From the NCBI GenBank assembly GCA_038257035.1, contig JBBSJT010000079.1, forward strand, positions 1 to 10,429: a stretch of DNA of 10,429 nucleotides. Direction: 5' to 3'. The notes beneath the pieces are model-generated. The model was not told the DNA's origin, did no database searches, and was given only the letters and a program-made list of their open reading frames with translations. Of the stretch, positions 1 to 6,732 are shown piece after piece. Position 1 is the stretch's first letter. Each line of letters starts with the position of its first letter. The stretch is from Chlamydiia bacterium (GTDB lineage: Bacteria; Chlamydiota; Chlamydiia; Chlamydiales; Parachlamydiaceae). The position numbers and the translations under genes were made by a program.

Positions 1-1
1 C

Positions 2-997
2 TCCAAGGGTAATGAAGCACTGGAACAAAAAGAAAACGCTTTTACAAAGCTTCCAAAAGAACTCATCGAAACAATCTTTTCATTTGTACCCTTTCAAACA
101 CGGTTGTCAGATCTTCCTTTTGTTTGTCATCAATTTTATGATCTAACACGTCCCATTTCAAAAAAATGCTTTAAATTATATAACCCTAAATTAATTAATA
201 AAATGATTAAAGAAAAAGGATTATTATTCGATGATGGAAAATATTTTCATATATTAAATTTTAAAGAGAATCAGGAATTATTCCTTTACACAAGTCGATT
301 TGTCATTTCATGTAATTCTGAAAAAGAATGTACTGAATTGTTTCAATCAGCAATTCAATCTTATATAAATATTCTAGATCGGGATGAAAAATTTGATATT
401 TCTTCATTTATAAAAAAATCAAATTTCGCTGATAAAAATTCTTGGACCGGGCAAAAAATTATTTCTAATAGCTGCCCTCATATTGGTAGACGAATGGAAA
501 TCCAAGAAATCGAATGTTTAAAAATTGTGATAACATTTCTATGCAATTTGGATGATCAAAAATTGGAAATGATTGCTGAAATATTAAGCAATTTTAGATC
601 GAATGATTTGATAAAATTAAAAAATGACCTTTTATTTTTGTTTGAAAAAGAAGAAAGAGAAAACGTCGTTAATGCTCTAACTGGTGGCCAAGGTTATCTT
701 TTAGAACTATTGCTCCGGCATGCAACTTTAGAGAATAAGAATTTCGAACTTTTTTTTAAATTTAACATTTTTGATTACACAATTCTTAACCCTGACAACT
801 GTTTTGAAAAATTGAAGGCGAGTATTAAAGAATTATCAAAAAAATGTGATTTTTCCTTTGATCATAAAAACAGTTTATTTTTCATCGAGCAAAAAGTAAA
901 GGGGCTAGTATTTTCTAGTTACCAAACAGAGCTGATTTATCCTGCAACGCTTGCCCCCGAGTTCCAATGGCTCGCCAATCGATTCATCAATAAATAA
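2..997 (+). CDS. F-box domain protein, 5'-truncated by the window edge (putative effector)
   Basis: The frame of ORF 104..997 is open back to base 2, reading SKGNEALEQKENAFTKLPKELIETIFSFVPFQTRLSDLPFVCHQFYDLT. LPKELIETIFSFV...L..VC..F matches the F-box consensus (nt ~41-150). The TTG at 104 falls inside the F-box, so it is probably not the true start. Stop TAA at 995-997. Confidence 0.8.
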   Translation, partial: SKGNEALEQKENAFTKLPKELIETIFSFVPFQTRLSDLPFVCHQFYDLTRPISKKCFKLYNPKLINKMIKEKGLLFDDGKYFHILNFKENQELFLYTSRFVISCNSEKECTELFQSAIQSYINILDRDEKFDISSFIKKSNFADKNSWTGQKIISNSCPHIGRRMEIQEIECLKIVITFLCNLDDQKLEMIAEILSNFRSNDLIKLKNDLLFLFEKEERENVVNALTGGQGYLLELLLRHATLENKNFELFFKFNIFDYTILNPDNCFEKLKASIKELSKKCDFSFDHKNSLFFIEQKVKGLVFSSYQTELIYPATLAPEFQWLANRFINK

Positions 998-1014
998 TAT
1001 ACTAATTAGCTTAC

Positions 1015-1221
1015 AGATAATTATCATAAAGCAGACCTACAGCCTGCGCTCTAACTTCTTCATGCCTAGGGCGTTGCCCTAGGCTTATATACACCAGGGC
1101 TTTGCCCTGATGAATCATTTTTCAGACCAAAGGTCTGGTTTATGAAAGCCTAGGGCAACGCCCTAGGTATCAGAAAGTTATGATGTAGGCTGTAGGCCTA
1201 CCTTATAATGAAAAATTATCT
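1015..1221. repeat. ~207-bp composite inverted-repeat element (REP/REPIN-like), each arm carrying three hairpins
   Basis: Arms ~1015-1110 and ~1122-1221 are reverse complements. AGATAATT 1015-1022 pairs with AATTATCT 1214-1221. GCAGACCTACAGCCTGC 1031-1047 corresponds to GTAGGCTGTAGGCCTAC 1185-1201. ATGCCTAGGGCGTTGCCCTAGGCTT 1062-1086 pairs with AAGCCTAGGGCAACGCCCTAGGTAT 1146-1170 (1 mismatch). CAGGGC-TTT-GCCCTG 1095-1109 corresponds to CAGACC-AAA-GGTCTG 1123-1137. It lies between convergent genes. Confidence 0.9.
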
Positions 1222-1242
1222 TTAGGTATTTAACTTCAATAT

Positions 1243-1884
1243 TTAGCTAAACAAATAATTATAAGCGCTATCTTTTTCTACTGTTCTACGTTCCTTGAAA
1301 GCCAAATTCGCATATTTTTCAGCTTTCAATAGAGTCCAATGTTGCTCGTTGGTTAAATAACTATTTCTGAAAACATGAATTTGTTTTATGGGTTTTTCAA
1401 TTTCATACACAAGATTTGAGGTAACCGGGCAAAAATAATAACTTATGAAATCAGCATTTTTATTTTCATTTTTTAACAAAGTTTCTTTCATTTTTCCAAA
1501 TTTGATTGCGATGACGCAACCGGCATTTCCATCGGCAAAGTAAGAGCTTTTCATCTCAAACCCTTTTAGATAAAAATTTCCATTAAAAATTTTTAGATGA
1601 CATTTTGAAGGTGCTTTGTCGAAATAGCGACCCTTATAAATATAGACTTCTTGTAGATTAATGAATTGATCGTAAATCGTTTTCACCACCTCAAGCTCTT
1701 TATTTATTGCTTCATTTGATCTTTTGCAAAGTTTTGAAATTTGAGCGTACGAAGAATATGAGGCAATCTTTTGCCAAATAGGCAAATTAAACCAAGAATT
1801 GGAAGTCATATAAGGCGTCATCGGTATAATTTCTTGTGTCTCGTCATGAGAAAAAAATGGTGTTAAACCTCTGAATAAATTCAT
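1243..1884 (-). CDS. Hypothetical protein with possible degenerate N-terminal F-box-like motif
   Basis: 213-aa ORF with AAAGGA shortly upstream of the ATG on the minus strand. Residues 31-55 WFNLPIWQKIASYSSYAQISKLCKR resemble a shortened F-box (LP..I.SY....S.lCKR). Confidence 0.65.
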   Translation of the reverse strand: MNLFRGLTPFFSHDETQEIIPMTPYMTSNSWFNLPIWQKIASYSSYAQISKLCKRSNEAINKELEVVKTIYDQFINLQEVYIYKGRYFDKAPSKCHLKIFNGNFYLKGFEMKSSYFADGNAGCVIAIKFGKMKETLLKNENKNADFISYYFCPVTSNLVYEIEKPIKQIHVFRNSYLTNEQHWTLLKAEKYANLAFKERRTVEKDSAYNYLFS

Positions 1885-2009
1885 TGATGCTTCCTTTAAT
1901 ATATTTTTTTACAAATTTTTAGATTGATAATAGCAGGAGATTCTTAGAATTCCAAGATGAAAAATAATGAGATCAATAAAAACACATATAAATTATTTAT
2001 AACAATTAT

Positions 2010-2038
2010 TTGCTTTTTAATATTAAAATCTGTATAAT
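2010..2038 (+). promoter_or_regulatory. Sigma70/sigma66-type promoter for the 547-aa gene
   Basis: TTGCTT (2010-2015), 17-nt spacer, TATAAT (2033-2038). GGAG at 2059-2062 precedes the ATG at 2072. Confidence 0.55.
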
Positions 2039-2071
2039 TATATTTTAATAAACAAAATGGAGCTTTAGTAA

Positions 2072-3715
2072 ATGAGTTTTATATCATATTTCAATCCGGC
2101 ATCAAAAAGCCATCATGCATCAGAAGAATTTAAAGATTTAACAACTGGTCAAAAAGCAGTTACAGGGCTAGCAACTGCCGGGGGATTGGCTGTTGCAATT
2201 CCTATAGCTATTATTGCAGGTCCAATTGCAGGAGCTATAGCTCTACCTTTTGTTGCAAGTTCTTCAATTGCCACTTTTAGGGCTTTAACCAATAAATTTA
2301 CTCCAAAAAATAATTCACAGCCAAATGTCGATCTGAAAGAAGATAAACCCACCATCACAATAAATAATACTGCGATTGAAATCATAGCGAATAAACCTCT
2401 AATCGAGGAAAAACAAGCCGCAGAACAAAAGCCTGTAGTTGCAGAAGAAAAAATTATTGAAAAGCAACCCGCAGAACAAAAGCCTGTAGTTGCAGAAGAA
2501 AAAATTATTGAAAAGCAGCCCGCAGAACAAAAGTCTATATTTTCAGAAGAAAAGACTGTTGAAATTATTGTAGTAAAACAGCCAATCATAAAACAACCTC
2601 TGAAAAACAAAAAACAGCCGAAATCTATAAACGATATTTTAATGTCAGTAGCTCTCTTAATTAAAAAAGGGAATCCTTTATCTGAATTTTCAAAAATATT
2701 TTACGCTGAATTAAGCGAAATGATGAATGGGCAATCCAATGACAAAAATTTAGATATTATTTTTACACTTATCCAAAATAATGATGAAGTGGAGAGCCGT
2801 CTTGATAAAATCATCATCGGAGAGCATCAAACTTTAAACGGAAAAATAAATAAATTATTAACTGAAAAAGAAAATGCTAAGTTGCAAAAAAATCTATTGG
2901 GTTTGGATCTTCAGGAGTTTTTAGTAAATATTGCGCCACTAGAAAATCTTGAATGCCTAAAAGATTTTATTGGATTAATTGAAAATAGCTACATGTTTAC
3001 TAATAAGGAACAGATAGCAATTAAATCATCCATCCTTTGCCAGTTACATAAGAAAATTTTAAGGGATTATAAAATCTCTGCAAACAACATAGCCCCGTCA
3101 TTTAAAAACTTAATCAGCAATATTAAATTTCTAGAAAATGAATCTAAGGAAGGTGTTAAAATTGTTAAATCCAACCTTATAGATAATACCCTGTATGTCG
3201 ATTATGAAACTGATGATGAAGATTCTTTTGAAGAAGTCTCAAGTGAAGAAGTAAAAGATGAAAATAGAGAGACAAAATATCACTTGGAATCTATTGATTA
3301 CTTGAAGAAGCTTGCAGCTTACTATTGTATCAATGAATTTAATCCGAAAAAATTTGAAATTGGTACTTTTAAGGAAATGCTCGTTGAGGTTAAGTTGCTT
3401 CTTAATGAAATTAACAAAAATCACGAACTATTTCCATTTTTTTATAACATTTGTGCAAAAATTATCGACCGTTACACAGGTAATTTCCAAGTTTTTGACA
3501 TTATTGATTTGAATAAGGTTAAAGGGCCATATAATGAATTATTCACAAAATTTGGCCATGAAGAGCTTATCATTGATCTTTTTACAGAAAATGACAATGA
3601 ACTTGCAGAGTCAGAGTATAAAAAAGGTTTTGATGATCTCGTAAAAAATTATATTGTTCTAGGAGTTACACGTGAACAAGCTGAATTTATGGCAGCTAAA
3701 GACATGGGTGTTTAA
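2072..3715 (+). CDS. Inc-like membrane protein / putative secreted effector with internal 17-aa repeats
   Basis: 547-aa ORF with RBS. A short hydrophilic N-terminus is followed by a ~40-aa uncharged stretch (AVTGLATAGGLAVAIPIAIIAGPIAGAIALPFVASSSIATF), as in the bilobed hydrophobic domain of chlamydial Inc proteins. Then come E/K/P-rich repeats and a long helical-looking C-terminal region. Confidence 0.7.
   Translation: MSFISYFNPASKSHHASEEFKDLTTGQKAVTGLATAGGLAVAIPIAIIAGPIAGAIALPFVASSSIATFRALTNKFTPKNNSQPNVDLKEDKPTITINNTAIEIIANKPLIEEKQAAEQKPVVAEEKIIEKQPAEQKPVVAEEKIIEKQPAEQKSIFSEEKTVEIIVVKQPIIKQPLKNKKQPKSINDILMSVALLIKKGNPLSEFSKIFYAELSEMMNGQSNDKNLDIIFTLIQNNDEVESRLDKIIIGEHQTLNGKINKLLTEKENAKLQKNLLGLDLQEFLVNIAPLENLECLKDFIGLIENSYMFTNKEQIAIKSSILCQLHKKILRDYKISANNIAPSFKNLISNIKFLENESKEGVKIVKSNLIDNTLYVDYETDDEDSFEEVSSEEVKDENRETKYHLESIDYLKKLAAYYCINEFNPKKFEIGTFKEMLVEVKLLLNEINKNHELFPFFYNICAKIIDRYTGNFQVFDIIDLNKVKGPYNELFTKFGHEELIIDLFTENDNELAESEYKKGFDDLVKNYIVLGVTREQAEFMAAKDMGV
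2408..2560 (+). repeat. In-frame tandem repeat, 3 x 51 bp (17 aa)
   Basis: Units 2408-2458 EKQAAEQKPVVAEEKII, 2459-2509 EKQPAEQKPVVAEEKII and 2510-2560 EKQPAEQKSIFSEEKTV. CCGCAGAACAAAAG recurs at 2418, 2469 and 2520. Confidence 0.95.
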
Positions 3716-3752
3716 AAAAAACTAAAAAAAATTATAAAAAAAGGGATTTTAT

Positions 3753-4355
3753 ATGTCATTTTCAATAATACCTCAAGAAATTAAGCAAGAAATCATGAAT
3801 TTCGTTAATCCTACTTTGTTCAATTGCCAAGAGCTTAGGTTTTGTGGGCGGATATGCACACTAGTCAGCGAAGAGCTAAAGACAATTTCTACCGAAAAAA
3901 TGCTATGTCTTAAAAATATTCATGATGCTTTAAGAATAGAAGAGCTAGTAGCTAAATATAAAGAAAATTCAGAGGATATAGGTTTTGTGCCTCAACTTTT
4001 TGATGCACTTGCAAGTAGTACAAATATATATCACTCAGCTGTTTTCGATTATCAAACTATAGATGATGTAAAAGACATAGTAAGATTGTTTCCAAAAAGC
4101 ATTGATTATTCTCTTGGGAAGGCTAGATGTAGGGATGATGTAAATCCTCTTTGGGTTGCATGCTATAATAAGCAAATTCCTTTCTCTATAATTGAATTAT
4201 TACTTAAATCAGGAGCCAACCCTAATTCAACGATTAAAGTTTGCGCAAAAGAAACTGAAGTCATCAAAGATTGTAAAGATAATCTAAATAATGAGCGCTA
4301 CGAAACAATCCTAGCTTTATTTCAAAAATATGGATTGGAATCAATAGATATATAA
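3753..4355 (+). CDS. F-box + ankyrin-repeat protein (putative effector)
   Basis: The N-terminus FSIIPQEIKQEIMNFV...CTLVSEEL is F-box-like. NPLWVACYNKQIPFSIIELLLKSGANPN (nt ~4143-4226) is a clear ankyrin repeat. AAGGGA at 3741-3746 lies upstream. Confidence 0.75.
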   Translation: MSFSIIPQEIKQEIMNFVNPTLFNCQELRFCGRICTLVSEELKTISTEKMLCLKNIHDALRIEELVAKYKENSEDIGFVPQLFDALASSTNIYHSAVFDYQTIDDVKDIVRLFPKSIDYSLGKARCRDDVNPLWVACYNKQIPFSIIELLLKSGANPNSTIKVCAKETEVIKDCKDNLNNERYETILALFQKYGLESIDI

Positions 4356-4403
4356 GAATATATCTTTCAACAGCTCCTTTATTTTTTAAAAGCCAATACT
4401 CAT

Positions 4404-4433
4404 TTGACCATCACAAAAAAAAATGAGGATAAT
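4404..4433 (+). promoter_or_regulatory. Possible sigma70-type promoter for the 7TM-HD gene
   Basis: TTGACC (4404-4409), 18-nt spacer, GATAAT (4428-4433). The -10 is imperfect. Confidence 0.3.
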
Positions 4434-4467
4434 TTTTTTCCAATCTGTTAGGATGAACTTTTAATTT

Positions 4468-6648
4468 ATGATTGGAAAAAAATTGATGGGCGACAGAGCA
4501 AGCGAATTTGAAAATTATAATGAATTGAAGTTTTCAAGAGAACAAGGTTTTTTTGATAAAAGCATCATCATCCGCATCGCAATCGGCTGCTTATTCTCAC
4601 TTGCATTATTTTGTATTTTACATTTTCGTGAAGTGCGTGTACCTATTTTGGAACTTAACACCGTCTCCTCAGATTATGTTGTCGCTCCTACCGATATCGA
4701 TTTTTTCGATGTAGAAAAAACATTGATCATGCAACAAGACCTTACGCGCGATATCGGAAAAATTTATCAAGTTTCAGAAAAATCAATACGCCTTCGTAGA
4801 AGTGAATTGGAAAATTACCTCATCTACACTCAAGACTGGCGAAAAGCTTCAAAGCAAAACCCCTTTGAGCCAATCTTTAAAGGCTTAGATGCTGTTGAAA
4901 ATGTTCTTCTTCAAGTTCGCTTTACAGATCCTAGAACAATTCAAAAAATGAAAGATTTTAACATACCGGTTCAACATTATCTAGTTTATACGCCGGATGA
5001 AATTGAAAAGGGAGTCATCCTACCAGAAAAAATTTGGAACTATGTTAAAAAAATGGCCTTTCCGGATAAAGAAGCTGAATTTGAAGGTGTGAATTTTATC
5101 ATCGGCTTTCTAAAAGATAAAACCTGGACGATTGAAGAGGATGCTGCAGCTTTTAAAAATTTACGTAAAAAAGTAAAAACGATCATTACAGAACAATACA
5201 GCCATTTGAATGCAGGAACCCGTGTAATTGACAAAAACGAAAAAATTACAGCTCGGCACATTGCAATTATGCAAGCAATTAAAACCAAGTTAACCGAAGA
5301 GCGAAATCTTTGGCATCCTTTAACGGTTATCGGAAGTTTGATTTTAACACTTATTTTATCTGGGATTGCGATCTCTTATTTTAGCATCAATCACTCAAAA
5401 ATTTTACATTCCAACCGAAAATTATTTTTATTGGTCACAATCGTCATTTTAACTTTTTCAATTGCTAAAGCTTTCGAATTTGTCATTATAAATTCTCATT
5501 ACAATTTAATTGATGTCATTCGTTATCCACTTTTAGTGCCATTGGCGTCCATTTTACTTTGTAGCTTGATGAATCCTGCAATTGCTGTTTTTATAAGCAG
5601 TTTTCTGGTGATTGTTCTCACGCTTGCCCTTTCGTTTGATATGCAAGGTTTCATGATCTTAAATTTTGTTGCAAGCTTGGTGGCAATTTTCAGTACACGC
5701 TCTCTTAGACAAAGAAAAGAAGTCTTTATTGTATGTGCAAAAGCCTGGGTTACTTGTGTTGGTGTAATTTTAGCATTAAATTTTTATAATAATGAAGCTG
5801 TCGGTATACAAACTTTTAGCGATATTTTAACAGCGGCGATATCCATGCTTCTAACGGCAATTTTGGTGGTCGGCCTGTTGCCTTTACTAGAATCTGCCTT
5901 TAAGGTGATGACCGATGTGACTTTAATGGAATATATGGATCCAAACAATGACCTCTTAAGACGTTTGACTATTGAAGCCCCTGGGACTTACCAACATTCT
6001 GTTGTTGTCGGAAACTTAACCGAATCTGCTGCAACAGCAATTGGTGCAAACGGACTATTCTGCAGGGTTGCAACGCTTTATCATGATATCGGCAAAATGG
6101 CAACACCCGAATACTTTACAGAAAACCAGATCGGTCAAGTCAACATGCATCAGCTTCTAACACCGAAAGAGTCCGCACAAGTTATCATGGCGCATGTGAG
6201 CGAGGGGGTTTCACTTGCAAGAAAAGCAGGCCTTCCTGAACAATTCATCGACATCATCAAAGAGCATCATGGCACAACATTAGTCTATTATTTTTACAGA
6301 AAACAATTGGATCTTATGGGTGGTGACAGGAGTTTAGTTGATGAAAATGATTTTCGTTACACAGGTCCCAAGCCAAGAAGCAAGGAATCTGCGATTATAA
6401 TGATTGCAGATTCTGTAGAGGCCGCGTCAAGATCACTAGATGAGCTTACAGAAGAATCTTTGATGTCATTAGCTTCAAGATTGATTCAAGATAAAGCTGA
6501 AGATGGTCAATTTGATGATTGTTTATTAACATTTGAAGAACTTGCGATTGTTAAATCTGTGTTAGTTAAAACTCTAGTTGCTTTTTCCCATTCTAGAGTT
6601 AAGTATCCATCTCGTGAAAGACCAACCGAATCGCAAGCCATGGAATAA
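4468..6648 (+). CDS. pgpH: 7TM-HD (HDIG) family membrane phosphohydrolase, PgpH-like cyclic-di-AMP phosphodiesterase
   Basis: N-terminal TM helix, large extracytoplasmic region, multiple TM helices, then an HD domain with EAPGTYQHS, YHDIGK, YFTENQ, HHGT and FRYTGPKPRSKESAIIMIADSVEAASR motifs typical of the PgpH/YqfF family. Confidence 0.85.
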   Translation: MIGKKLMGDRASEFENYNELKFSREQGFFDKSIIIRIAIGCLFSLALFCILHFREVRVPILELNTVSSDYVVAPTDIDFFDVEKTLIMQQDLTRDIGKIYQVSEKSIRLRRSELENYLIYTQDWRKASKQNPFEPIFKGLDAVENVLLQVRFTDPRTIQKMKDFNIPVQHYLVYTPDEIEKGVILPEKIWNYVKKMAFPDKEAEFEGVNFIIGFLKDKTWTIEEDAAAFKNLRKKVKTIITEQYSHLNAGTRVIDKNEKITARHIAIMQAIKTKLTEERNLWHPLTVIGSLILTLILSGIAISYFSINHSKILHSNRKLFLLVTIVILTFSIAKAFEFVIINSHYNLIDVIRYPLLVPLASILLCSLMNPAIAVFISSFLVIVLTLALSFDMQGFMILNFVASLVAIFSTRSLRQRKEVFIVCAKAWVTCVGVILALNFYNNEAVGIQTFSDILTAAISMLLTAILVVGLLPLLESAFKVMTDVTLMEYMDPNNDLLRRLTIEAPGTYQHSVVVGNLTESAATAIGANGLFCRVATLYHDIGKMATPEYFTENQIGQVNMHQLLTPKESAQVIMAHVSEGVSLARKAGLPEQFIDIIKEHHGTTLVYYFYRKQLDLMGGDRSLVDENDFRYTGPKPRSKESAIIMIADSVEAASRSLDELTEESLMSLASRLIQDKAEDGQFDDCLLTFEELAIVKSVLVKTLVAFSHSRVKYPSRERPTESQAME

Positions 6649-6670
6649 ATTTCAAGCTTTGAAATTTTTT
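6647..6670 (+). terminator. AT-rich hairpin, possible weak terminator after the 7TM-HD gene
   Basis: AAATTTCAA-GCT-TTGAAATTT (6647-6667), a 9-bp stem running into a T-tract directly after the stop codon. Confidence 0.4.
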
Positions 6671-6732
6671 AAAAATTGCAGTCCCAAGATAAAAAACTAG
6701 CCAAAAAATAAAAACATGAGTATTATTGACCT

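Noticed and set aside
1064..1168. CRISPR array suggested by palindromic repeats
   Set aside because: Only two copies, in inverted orientation, with no regular spacers and no cas genes.
1942..1957. Imperfect palindrome TCTTAGAATTCCAAGA between divergent genes
   Set aside because: Could be an operator, but it is single, short, AT-rich and matches no motif I recognise.
2149..2610. 153-aa minus-strand ORF with repeats
   Set aside because: Antisense shadow of the 547-aa gene and its 51-bp repeat.
3239..3512. Short ORFs 3239..3424 (-) and 3312..3512 (+)
   Set aside because: Both lie entirely inside the 547-aa CDS, with no motifs or independent signals.
5040..5288. 82-aa minus-strand ORF
   Set aside because: Antisense to the conserved 7TM-HD gene.
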